From a virus (Duplodnaviria > Caudoviricetes), in the IMG/VR virus record IMGVR_UViG_3300048599_000807, positions 1-46,315 of that record: a DNA stretch of 46,315 bases, one strand, 5' to 3'. Both the position numbers and the translations under genes were made by a program. The first letter of the stretch is position 1, and each line of letters starts with the position of its first letter. Of the stretch, positions 8,721 through 16,186 are shown one piece after another. The notes under the pieces were generated by a model. That model ran no database searches, was not told the origin of the DNA, and saw only the letters and a program-made list of their open reading frames with translations.

Positions 8721-8728
8721 CGAGGTGA
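7307..8728 (+). CDS. DNA (cytosine-5) methyltransferase, large polypeptide (motifs I-VIII and X)
   Basis: SLCSGVG (I), GLPCQPYS (IV), LENV (VI), HRRERVF (VIII), GNGVVP (X); no motif IX in this frame. Confidence 0.9.
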   Translation: MVAPVLNTISLCSGVGMLDEAFARGCEYFGWQSRPALLCEWESYAARCLLARMEEQSLEPAPIWCGDLAEVDYSPFRGVVDAVLAGLPCQPYSCAGKQAGLSDARSYGADNSGPIPQFLRCVAECQPSLVYLENVPPWVRGGWFRPVGEELCRLGYKLAEPLFVTAESVGASHRRERVFVLAYRPGLRWGEMLQSAQGRRSNAAGFGEVLADAGLQHGKLLQRRDGRKHSRSGIQLADAGRERRQAGNVSVQRSGDEPPTGQANDAGERCRDVGDTGGQRAIKSREPETQQPEQQSGGASEPSGRYRDVGQPVSSSRWFDEPGWGSDRRGTVGRPGEELADSASIDGNERIGQRVSDSAGAGRESGAEGFSEGMADSEREGSQGDRSAVPQRRNFFEPCDADRGIFAPGPGSDWQTIPETLWPAIEPGFRVLVDGVAMVLDASRGDALRCGGNGVVPLQGAVAFVELMRQLTR

Positions 8729-8732
8729 CCCG

Positions 8733-9029
8733 ATGACAACCCCGCAAATGAACATCGGCAGCTATTGGCAGTCGAAGGTTTACAAGAGCTACCGCCTGGA
8801 TCCCGACGGGACCGGCAAGGCCGAAATCTATGCGGCGCGGGGCGGGATCGTGGAACTGTTCACGTTCAAAGGGGGCGGCGATCCGCACCACGACGCGTTT
8901 ACCTCGCTCGAAATGTACTTCAACGGCCACGTGTGGCATTGTCGCCTCGATCGGCACTATCACCCGCGCTGGTGGCGGCGATTGGCGGAGCAGTTTGCGT
9001 TCGACGTTTGCGCGATGGCGGAGGGTTAG
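8733..9029 (+). CDS. Hypothetical protein
   Basis: GAGGT SD, 98 aa, fills the gap between genes. Confidence 0.6.
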   Translation: MTTPQMNIGSYWQSKVYKSYRLDPDGTGKAEIYAARGGIVELFTFKGGGDPHHDAFTSLEMYFNGHVWHCRLDRHYHPRWWRRLAEQFAFDVCAMAEG

Positions 9030-9033
9030 ACCG

Positions 9034-9555
9034 ATGGCCCAGCAATCACTATTTGCCGATCAGTCGGGGGCGGATTTCTCGCCGTGCCGGACGTGGCGTT
9101 ATGCCCTCTGGCGGCAATGGGGCGAGGATCCTTTCAACCGCGTGGCATTCATCGGCCTGAACCCGTCGACGGCCGACGAAACTGCCAACGATCCCACGAT
9201 TCGCCGGTGCATCGACTTCGCCAAGCGGTGGAAATTCGACGGCCTGTACATGCTGAACCTGTACGCGTTCCGCGCGACCGAGCCGCTGGACATGGTCGCG
9301 GCGGTGGATCCTGTTGGCCCGGGGAACCTGAACGCGATTGCTGAGCACGCGGGCAATGCTCGGCTGGTGGTGGCCGCCTGGGGCACCCTTGCCACGCGAT
9401 ACCGTCCGCGCGTGCAGTGGCAAACCCACATTGTGGCCGTGCGAACGGTGATCGTTCAGCCACTCCATTGCCTGGGCTATACGCAGGATTGGAGCCCCAG
9501 GCACCCGTTGTTCGTCAAAGCAGTAACTACCCCCCAACTGTTCGAGGTGAAGTGA
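9034..9555 (+). CDS. DUF1643 family protein
   Basis: FSPCRTWRYALWR, FIGLNPSTAD, DPTIRRC, NLYAFRAT, PRHPL. Confidence 0.85.
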   Translation: MAQQSLFADQSGADFSPCRTWRYALWRQWGEDPFNRVAFIGLNPSTADETANDPTIRRCIDFAKRWKFDGLYMLNLYAFRATEPLDMVAAVDPVGPGNLNAIAEHAGNARLVVAAWGTLATRYRPRVQWQTHIVAVRTVIVQPLHCLGYTQDWSPRHPLFVKAVTTPQLFEVK

Positions 9556-9830
9556 TGGCAGGCAAAAAGACCGAGTTGCAAGAAGTGACGCTCGTCGGGA
9601 CCTATCGCGGCGGCAACGTGCTGGCCGTGTGGCGGCGCGTCGAGGGTGGCTGGGACGTGCTGATCAAAACGGCCGACCGGCATCACACGTTCGAGATTCG
9701 CATGCGGGAAATGCCCTGCTGGTCGGTCACCCTGCGACTGATCGAACAAATGCCGGCCAACCAGCGAGCGAAGCCGACCCGGATTACCGCCAAACGCGCG
9801 GTTACCGTGGCAAAGTACGGCGTGTGGTAA
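9555..9830 (+). CDS. Hypothetical protein
   Basis: TGATG coupling, GAGGT SD. Confidence 0.6.
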   Translation: MAGKKTELQEVTLVGTYRGGNVLAVWRRVEGGWDVLIKTADRHHTFEIRMREMPCWSVTLRLIEQMPANQRAKPTRITAKRAVTVAKYGVW

Positions 9831-9840
9831 TTGCCTTCTG

Positions 9841-9872
9841 CCCCTAGTCCCCAGCCCCTAGTCCCTAACCCC
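9841..9872 (+). repeat. Heptamer tandem repeat (CCCCTAG/TCCCCAG type)
   Basis: CCCCTAG TCCCCAG CCCCTAG TCCCTAA. Confidence 0.8.
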
Positions 9873-9881
9873 CTTCAAACC

Positions 9882-11273
9882 ATGGCAACCGCAATTGAAT
9901 GGACCGATGAAACGTGGAACCCCTTGGCCGGCTGCAGGGAAGTTTCGCCCGGCTGCGCGAACTGCTACGCGGCAGGCATGGCCTACCGCCTGGCGGCGAT
10001 GGCCGAGGCTGACATTGCGGCTGGGCGCGATCCGGGCCGGAAGCGGCACTATATCGGGCTAACCGAGAAACGGGGCGGGAAGATCGTCTGGACGGGAAAA
10101 ATCAACCTGATTACCGAGGCTCTGGGCGATCCGCTCACGTGGAAGAAACCGCGCCGCGTGTTCGTCAATTCGATGAGCGATCTATTCCATGAGTCCGTGC
10201 CGCTGAGTCACGTCGCGGACGTGTTTGGGGCCATGGCCCTTTCTCCGGAGCACACGTTCCAGGTGCTCACCAAGCGGCCGGATCGCATGGCCGAGTTCTG
10301 CAACACGGTCAATGTTCGCGACCTGCTCTATGACGGCATGGAGCGAGTCGCCGAGCGGGCTGGGATCGCTGATTTTCTTTACAACGATCAGTGGCCGCTG
10401 CCTAACGTCTGGCTGGGAACGTCGGTCGAGAATCAACAGCAGGCTGATACGCGAATTCCCCACCTGCTCAAATGCCCGGCGGCCGTGCGGTTCCTCTCCT
10501 GCGAGCCGCTGCTGGGGCCGGTGAAACTGCCTTTCACGGAACTGGCAAAATCCGGAGTGCTGCGGAGCGGCGAAGAGATCCGCCAACTGCACTGGGTGAT
10601 CGTCGGCGGGGAAAGCGGCCACAACGCCCGGCCGATGCACCCCGATTGGGCCCGCTCGCTGCGGGATCAGTGCCAGGCCGCCAGCGTGCCGTTCTTTTTC
10701 AAGCATTGGGGCGAGTGGGCACCGTACCACACGCACGACTATTACCCCGAGTCCAAGCCACTCACCTGCATGAAAGTGAACGGCGAAACATCGTGGGTTT
10801 CCGGCGACGTCTCAGACGGCATTCTGTCGAACTGTTCGACCAACTACGAAGACACCGACAAAGCGATTGAGCGCGTCGGCAAGCATGCCGCCGGCCGCCT
10901 GCTCGACGGCCGCCCGTGGGACGAATTCCCGGAGGTGCCCGTGTGTAGATCCGAACGCGTGATTGCCGAGTTTCCGCCGGCCGATGGCCAGAACTGGGAA
11001 TGCCAGTGCGCTCGCTGCGGGGCGAGTTGCTATTTCGTCGACTGCGACAACTGCGACGAAGACGGGATGATCGACCACGACTGCGGCGAGGATTGCTGCT
11101 GCTGTTTGGACCCGGAGCCCAACGTCCCCTGCTCGATTTGCTGGGGGCACGGCGGCTGGTACTGCTGCCTCTCGTCGGGCCCGTGGTGCCAGGCCAATCC
11201 CCTGCCCGGCCGCAAGGCCTTTGAACGGGGCAAGATTGAATGGTTCGTCGTGCCGGAGGTGCAACATGGCTAG
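9882..11273 (+). CDS. DUF5131 (phage Gp37/Gp68) family protein with Cys-rich C-terminal extension
   Basis: IEWTDETWNP, GC...SPGCANCYA, FVNSMSDLFH, LTKRP, SCEPLLG, WVIVGGESG, LDGRPWDEFP. Confidence 0.9.
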   Translation: MATAIEWTDETWNPLAGCREVSPGCANCYAAGMAYRLAAMAEADIAAGRDPGRKRHYIGLTEKRGGKIVWTGKINLITEALGDPLTWKKPRRVFVNSMSDLFHESVPLSHVADVFGAMALSPEHTFQVLTKRPDRMAEFCNTVNVRDLLYDGMERVAERAGIADFLYNDQWPLPNVWLGTSVENQQQADTRIPHLLKCPAAVRFLSCEPLLGPVKLPFTELAKSGVLRSGEEIRQLHWVIVGGESGHNARPMHPDWARSLRDQCQAASVPFFFKHWGEWAPYHTHDYYPESKPLTCMKVNGETSWVSGDVSDGILSNCSTNYEDTDKAIERVGKHAAGRLLDGRPWDEFPEVPVCRSERVIAEFPPADGQNWECQCARCGASCYFVDCDNCDEDGMIDHDCGEDCCCCLDPEPNVPCSICWGHGGWYCCLSSGPWCQANPLPGRKAFERGKIEWFVVPEVQHG

Positions 11274-11634
11274 AGCAATGTCGTTCGCGCTGACCACGGC
11301 GCAGATCTTGAACCGCACGAAAACCGTTACCCGCCGGCTGGGGTGGCAGAACTTGAAGCCCGGCGAACTGTTCTGGGCCGTCGAAAAGTGCATGGGCTTG
11401 AAGCCAGGCGAGAAACAAAAACGGCTGTGCCTGCTCCGCTGCGTGAAGAATGACGCGGTGGTGCTCGACGGCCCCACGCTCACGCCGGCCGACGTCGAGC
11501 GCGAAGGCTTCCCCGGTGGTGACCCGATTGACTTCGCCGCCATGTTCTGCCGGCACATGCGGTGCGACCGCAGCGCGACCGTGCAGCGGATCGAGTTTGA
11601 GTATGTCGACGAAAGCGAGGTGCAGCGTGGCTAA
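11266..11634 (+). CDS. ASCH/PUA-like domain protein
   Basis: MSF...QILNRTKTVTRRLGW..LKPGE, DVEREGF, VQRIEF. Confidence 0.7.
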   Translation: MARAMSFALTTAQILNRTKTVTRRLGWQNLKPGELFWAVEKCMGLKPGEKQKRLCLLRCVKNDAVVLDGPTLTPADVEREGFPGGDPIDFAAMFCRHMRCDRSATVQRIEFEYVDESEVQRG

Positions 11635-11881
11635 GGAAGCGGTGAACCACCCTGCGCACTACACCCAGGGCCGGCTGGAAGTGATCGACGCCATCGAAGG
11701 CTTGGGGATTGGTTTTCACGATGGGAACGTCGTGAAGTATGTGGCTCGTTACAAGTTCAAGAACGGAGTCGAGGATCTGCGAAAGGCCCGCTGGTATCTC
11801 GATCGACTGATTCAGTTGGAAGAGAGCAAATCGGAATTGCCATCGCAGCAAAAACAGCGGGAGGCGAATGCCAATGTCTGA
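11627..11881 (+). CDS. DUF3310 family protein (T7 gp1.7-like nucleotide kinase family)
   Basis: VNHPAHY...EVIDAI...GNVVKYVARY..KNGVEDLRKARWYL. Confidence 0.85.
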   Translation: MAKEAVNHPAHYTQGRLEVIDAIEGLGIGFHDGNVVKYVARYKFKNGVEDLRKARWYLDRLIQLEESKSELPSQQKQREANANV

Positions 11882-12209
11882 GCATCGCCCTAGTCCCCAG
11901 CCCCTAGCTCCTAGCCCCTCCGCGCAGCGTGAACCGACGCGGCGGCAGCAGCTTGTGGCCGCTTATCTCGATCCCGAGTTGGTGGCGACGGCCGAAGAGA
12001 TTCACCGCGCGATGGTGGCCGCCGGCGTTAAGCCGCTGACGATCAATGACGTGCTGAACGACCTGGAAGCCCTGCGCAGGGCTGGCTGGGCCAAAGCCGA
12101 GCGGGGTGGTTACCTGCGGACCTGGCCGGCGGATCAGCCCGCGCCAGCCCCGCCACCGAAGGCCACCAAACCAGCGAAGAAACCCGACCCCCAGCAACGG
12201 ATGTTTTGA
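11874..12209 (+). CDS. Small winged-HTH-like protein
   Basis: TAEEIHRAM...TINDVLNDLEALRRAGWA; GGAGG SD. Confidence 0.5.
   Translation: MSEHRPSPQPLAPSPSAQREPTRRQQLVAAYLDPELVATAEEIHRAMVAAGVKPLTINDVLNDLEALRRAGWAKAERGGYLRTWPADQPAPAPPPKATKPAKKPDPQQRMF
11887..11919 (+). repeat. Heptamer tandem repeat
   Basis: GCCCTAG TCCCCAG CCCCTAG CTCCTAG. Confidence 0.8.
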
Positions 12210-12212
12210 GCA

Positions 12213-12851
12213 ATGAACCGAGGAATTCACACGAAGCCGATTCGAGGCGATTCGAACGACTGGCTAACGCCCCCGGCCGTGGTTCAGGCGCTCGGAGAAT
12301 TTGAGTTGGATCCGTGCGCGCATCCGCAGCAGTTCTATCGAACGGCGGGTGAAATGGTTGCGCCGCCCGTCGATGGTCTCCAAGTCGACTGGGGACGTCG
12401 GCGAGTTTGGCTGAACCCTCCCTATGGGAACGAACTGAAACAATGGATCCAGCGACTCGCCGAGCACGGCAACGGCGTCGCGCTAGTGCCTGCACGCACG
12501 GAGGTGGAATCCTGGTTTTGGCCGTACGTCTGGGAGGCAGCCGACGCGCTGCTATTCCTTCGCGGTCGCTTGTACTTTCATCGTCCCGACGGGTCGACTG
12601 CGGGAAATGCTGGCCACGGTTCTGTGCTCGTCGCTTATGGCGCCCTCAATTTCGAAGCGCTTCGAAAATGTGGGATTGCCGGTCGATTCGTGCAGCTCCG
12701 CTCCCAGCAACGCACGGCTCAGCAGTATTGGAGCGAAGTTTACGATCGCCTTGTGCGGTCTGGCAGCAAGCCGCCTGAGTCACGTTCACGAGGCAAACGC
12801 AAACGCGCGAAGGCGAAATCGTCTCCCCAGTCCCCAGTCCCTAACCCCTAG
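12213..12851 (+). CDS. Phage DNA N6-adenine methyltransferase (Dam-like family)
   Basis: DWLTPP, LDPCA, VWLNPPYG, LVPART, FLRGRL. Confidence 0.9.
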   Translation: MNRGIHTKPIRGDSNDWLTPPAVVQALGEFELDPCAHPQQFYRTAGEMVAPPVDGLQVDWGRRRVWLNPPYGNELKQWIQRLAEHGNGVALVPARTEVESWFWPYVWEAADALLFLRGRLYFHRPDGSTAGNAGHGSVLVAYGALNFEALRKCGIAGRFVQLRSQQRTAQQYWSEVYDRLVRSGSKPPESRSRGKRKRAKAKSSPQSPVPNP

Positions 12852-12856
12852 CCCCC
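12824..12856 (+). repeat. Heptamer tandem repeat
   Basis: TCCCCAG TCCCCAG TCCCTAA CCCCTAG. Confidence 0.8.
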
Positions 12857-12864
12857 GAGTTGTT

Positions 12865-13455
12865 ATGACCATCGACGCCGATTATGCCGTTACCGATCGC
12901 CAGTGGATTCAAACCTACAGCGGCGGCCGGTTCTTTCCGCTCAATCCCGTGTCGGGCGATCTGTCGATCACCGACATTGCCCACGCCCTGGCCAGCAAAT
13001 GCCGGTTCACGGGGCACACGCTCGTGCCGTATTCGATCGCCCAGCATTCGGTGCTGGTCAGCTACGCCGTGCCGCCCCCCGATGCGCTGTGGGGCCTGCT
13101 GCACGACGCCACGGAAGCGTATTTGCCGGACGTGGCCCGGCCGATCAAACAGCAACTGTTCGTCAACATGATCGACCGGGGGCAGGTGGTGCTGCTGCCG
13201 TTTGCCGAGGCCGAAGATCGGTTGATGCAATCGATTTGCCGGCGGTTCGGCCTGGCGGCCACCATGCCGGAAAGTGTGAAGCAAGCCGATTTGCGGATGC
13301 TGGCCACCGAACGCCGCGACCTGATGCGCGAAACGTCGCACGACTGGGGGAGCCTCGACCAGGTTGAATCCTACACCGAGCACGTGATTCCCTGGTGTTG
13401 GCAGGACGCGGAGTTTTTCTTTCTGCAGCGGTTTCGGGAGTTGGCGGGAGTCTAA
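12865..13455 (+). CDS. HD-domain 5'-deoxynucleotidase, YfdR-like
   Basis: WIQTYSG, DIAHALA..CRFTGH, YSIAQHS, LLHDATEAY, VKQADLRMLATE. Confidence 0.88.
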   Translation: MTIDADYAVTDRQWIQTYSGGRFFPLNPVSGDLSITDIAHALASKCRFTGHTLVPYSIAQHSVLVSYAVPPPDALWGLLHDATEAYLPDVARPIKQQLFVNMIDRGQVVLLPFAEAEDRLMQSICRRFGLAATMPESVKQADLRMLATERRDLMRETSHDWGSLDQVESYTEHVIPWCWQDAEFFFLQRFRELAGV

Positions 13456-13479
13456 CAAGTAGCAAGCAACTGCTACCCA

Positions 13480-13953
13480 ATGCGAAAGGACATTCGCACG
13501 ATGTTTGCAGATAGTCGACGCGAACCGACCGTCACGGCCGACGAAACGCCCGACCCGGAATTCTGTCAGCAGTTGGCGGCTCGGATCGAATTGCACCTCC
13601 GGGCCGGCAATTGGCCCCTGGCCGCCCGGACGTTTCGCGAGGGGCGGAAACAGTTCGAACTGGACCGGGTCGAACGCCAGCACGTGCTGGCCCGCAGCGA
13701 GGCCGATTGGCTCGACGCGGACTTGGGCGAGTTGGAGATTCAAGCACGGACGTTCAACTCCCTGGTGAATCAGGGGTGCGAGACGATCCGGCAGGCGCTC
13801 GACCTGCTCAATTCGGGCAAACGCATTCCGCAGTTCGGCCAGGCTGCCTCTGACGAGGTTTGGCGGGCCGCGCGGAAACTCGGAATTACGCTGGCCCGCG
13901 CGGGCCAGGCAGAGGAAGTGAACCACGAAGCGCAAGGAGAGCGAGCATGTTAG
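13480..13953 (+). CDS. Protein with RNA polymerase alpha-subunit C-terminal-domain-like fold (alternative start 13501)
   Basis: LGELEIQARTFNSLVNQGCETIRQAL...IPQFGQAASDEV matches the alphaCTD pattern (L-L-vRs-N-L...IpnfG.kS..EI). Confidence 0.7.
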   Translation: MRKDIRTMFADSRREPTVTADETPDPEFCQQLAARIELHLRAGNWPLAARTFREGRKQFELDRVERQHVLARSEADWLDADLGELEIQARTFNSLVNQGCETIRQALDLLNSGKRIPQFGQAASDEVWRAARKLGITLARAGQAEEVNHEAQGERAC

Positions 13954-14432
13954 TGCTATCGCGAAAGGCTGGGGAATCGTTGGTGGTTGGTGAGGCCACG
14001 GTGGTGATCACCAAAGTGTCAGGCAACCGGGTATCGCTGGGCGTCGAAGCGCCCGACGAGGTGGCCATCGTGCGTGGCGAATGTTCGCCCTACGCCCAGG
14101 CCCGCAAGAAAGTCGACGCCACCACCGGCTGGCTGATCGAGCTACTGGGGCCCGCCTTGACCCCGTGGGGCGAGGGAGCGGAGAGCCGCCACCAATGGCG
14201 CTGGAAAGAAACCCGGGGCGAAATGATGCTCGAATGGGACCCGCTGAAACGCGACCTGCAGTTGTTAGCGATTTCGATGCTGAACGGGCATCCCGTCTCG
14301 GTGAAAGTGTTCTCGCAGCCCACGTGCCGGGAGGTGTTTCAGCTCGCCCTGGGGCTGGGGATTGCCCTGCAAAAGCCACCACGGCCGTCGCAGCCCAAGA
14401 AGCGGGCGGGGTTGACAGCGAAGCGGAAATGA
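13947..14432 (+). CDS. csrA: Carbon storage regulator CsrA/RsmA domain fused to an unknown C-terminal domain
   Basis: MLVLSRKAGESLVVG...RVSLGVEAPDEVAIVRGE; AAGGAG SD. Confidence 0.85.
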   Translation: MLVLSRKAGESLVVGEATVVITKVSGNRVSLGVEAPDEVAIVRGECSPYAQARKKVDATTGWLIELLGPALTPWGEGAESRHQWRWKETRGEMMLEWDPLKRDLQLLAISMLNGHPVSVKVFSQPTCREVFQLALGLGIALQKPPRPSQPKKRAGLTAKRK

Positions 14433-14440
14433 AAACGATT
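14412..14440 (+). promoter_or_regulatory. Possible sigma70-type late promoter
   Basis: Perfect TTGACA at 14412-14417; only a weak -10 (AACGAT). Confidence 0.3.
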
Positions 14441-14563
14441 GGCAACTGACAACTGCCGGAAGAGCCGGCTTCTAACGTGCCCCCAACGGCCCTGGACGAT
14501 CCATGCATCAGCCAGCGGCCGTTTTTTCGTTGGCACACGGCTGATGACCGAAACCCGCTGGGA

Positions 14564-14611
14564 GGCTCCGCGAACGCAGGGAATGCGCGGGCGCGGAGCC
14601 GACTTTTTGTT
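14564..14611 (+). terminator. Putative intrinsic terminator in the late-operon leader
   Basis: GGCTCCGCG/CGCGGAGCC stem followed by GACTTTTTGTT. Confidence 0.5.
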
Positions 14612-14643
14612 CGTGTGTGTTCATCAGTCAAGCGAGGTGCCCC

Positions 14644-15054
14644 GTGTCGAAGTCTCTCGTTCCCGCGACTCTCCCCACCGCTGGCCAGGCCCTGCGTTGG
14701 GGATTTGCCCACTTGGACCTGTTCGGCCAGTACGCCGATGCCGCGCCGGCACTGCTGGCGGCCGAATCGTACAACCAGCGGTGGCTGGTGGTGCGCCCCT
14801 TGGGCGATCAGACCGCCCCGGCCCTCGACGAACTGTTTTCGCAGCCGGCGGCCCGTGGTCCGGAAACGGCCGAGGAACTGCTGGCCCTCGAAGAGGAGTT
14901 GCTGGCCCGCGCCAACGGCAACTTGGGCGCGCGAGCCGTTCCCCGCGATCGCAAGTGGCTGAAAGCCGCGCTGGCGGCCCTCAAGATCGGTATCCCGATG
15001 TTTGCCCCCGAAGCGGCCCAGTGGGTGGGCGTGCTCGACCTGCTGGCCAACTAG
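14644..15054 (+). CDS. Hypothetical protein with amphipathic C-terminus
   Basis: GAGGT SD plus GTG; KWLKAALAALKIGIPMF...WVGVLDLL. Confidence 0.65.
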   Translation: MSKSLVPATLPTAGQALRWGFAHLDLFGQYADAAPALLAAESYNQRWLVVRPLGDQTAPALDELFSQPAARGPETAEELLALEEELLARANGNLGARAVPRDRKWLKAALAALKIGIPMFAPEAAQWVGVLDLLAN

Positions 15055-15128
15055 GCCGGCTTGTTCACTTGGCCGCGACGGACGGTACCGGCGCGGCTTT
15101 CATGGTTGGTTGCGAGGGAGCGGGTTCG

Positions 15129-16064
15129 ATGCGATATCACGGTTGCTTCATCGGGATTGATTACCGCGGCACGACGGCCCAATTGGGTGGCTGTCGAGCC
15201 GATTCGCGTTCCTGGCGTGGCCGTGAGAACGCCGCAGATATACTCCGCTCGCCCGGCGAAGCCTGCGCGAGCGCCCTGATGCTGCTCGAAGAGAATGCCA
15301 CCAAGCGCCGCGTGGTCGAGTGCATGCGGGCCATGGCCGAAAAGTGCCCGATCGGCAGCGACGATTATTTCGTGCTGCAATTCAGCGGCCACGGCACGTT
15401 CAAGCGTGGCAATGACCCGAACGAAGTCGACGGCAACGACGAGGCGATCTGCTGCTATGACTACCAGCGCGGCGGCCTGCTGTGGGACAACGAAATCAGC
15501 GTCCTGCTGAGCGGCGGCCAGGGACTGTTTATCACCGACTGTTGCCATTCGCACACGCTGCTGCGCTCGACGGGCGAACTTCGCCCCCGCTTCCTCCCCT
15601 TCGACCAGATTGCCGAGGGGCTGAGCCCGTGCGAAATCAACAAGCTGTGCGAATCCGCGAATCAGACGCGGGCCCGGGCCAATGCCCTGCGCGATGCGTC
15701 GGGAGCCATTCCCGGCATTGTGCACCTGGCCGGCTGCCAGGATAGCGAATACAGCTATGACGCCAGTTTTGGTGGTCAGCCCAACGGCGCCATGACGTAC
15801 TTCGCCCTCGAGTCGTATCGGCAACTGCCGACGGGGGCCAACTTCCAGCAATGGATTGATCTGATTCAAACGAAGCTGCCGGACCGCGAGAACCGGTATC
15901 GGCAGCACCCGCAAATGACGGCCACCGCGGCGGATCTGCGGCGAGTCCTCCCCGGCCGCGAACTGCCCGTCGCCGATCCCCAGCCCTTGCCCGTGGTCAC
16001 CGGCCCGGGCGTCGACGTGGTGGTCGGAGGGTACCGGGCCGTGAAGTGGGAGCGGGTGCAATGA
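15129..16064 (+). CDS. Metacaspase / caspase-like cysteine protease (peptidase C14)
   Basis: FIGIDY...LGGC, ATKRRV, FSGHG (His), EVDGNDEAI, DCCHS (Cys), LAGCQDSEYSYD, GAMT, QHPQ; GAGGGAG SD. Confidence 0.9.
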   Translation: MRYHGCFIGIDYRGTTAQLGGCRADSRSWRGRENAADILRSPGEACASALMLLEENATKRRVVECMRAMAEKCPIGSDDYFVLQFSGHGTFKRGNDPNEVDGNDEAICCYDYQRGGLLWDNEISVLLSGGQGLFITDCCHSHTLLRSTGELRPRFLPFDQIAEGLSPCEINKLCESANQTRARANALRDASGAIPGIVHLAGCQDSEYSYDASFGGQPNGAMTYFALESYRQLPTGANFQQWIDLIQTKLPDRENRYRQHPQMTATAADLRRVLPGRELPVADPQPLPVVTGPGVDVVVGGYRAVKWERVQ

Positions 16065-16174
16065 ATCACTGGCTGCGCGAGAACTGGGAGGCAATCGCTT
16101 GCTTCGCGCTCGTCGCAGCCTACGCGGTTTTCGCGTGGTTCGTGTGGCAATGGTGGATTTCGAATTCGTTTTGA
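16061..16174 (+). CDS. 37-aa single-pass membrane peptide (not in the ORF track)
   Basis: ATGA overlap with the caspase stop; MNHWLRENWEAIACFALVAAYAVFAWFVWQWWISNSF. Confidence 0.55.
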   Translation: MNHWLRENWEAIACFALVAAYAVFAWFVWQWWISNSF

Positions 16175-16186
16175 AAGGTTGGAAAG

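Noticed and set aside
14644-15054. Gasdermin partner for the caspase
   Set aside because: 136 aa and mostly helical; too short and unlike the beta-rich gasdermin fold
14439-15128. 230-aa N-terminal extension of the caspase ORF (possible prodomain)
   Set aside because: Arg/Pro/Gly-rich shadow frame over the 14644-15054 gene; good SD at ATG 15129
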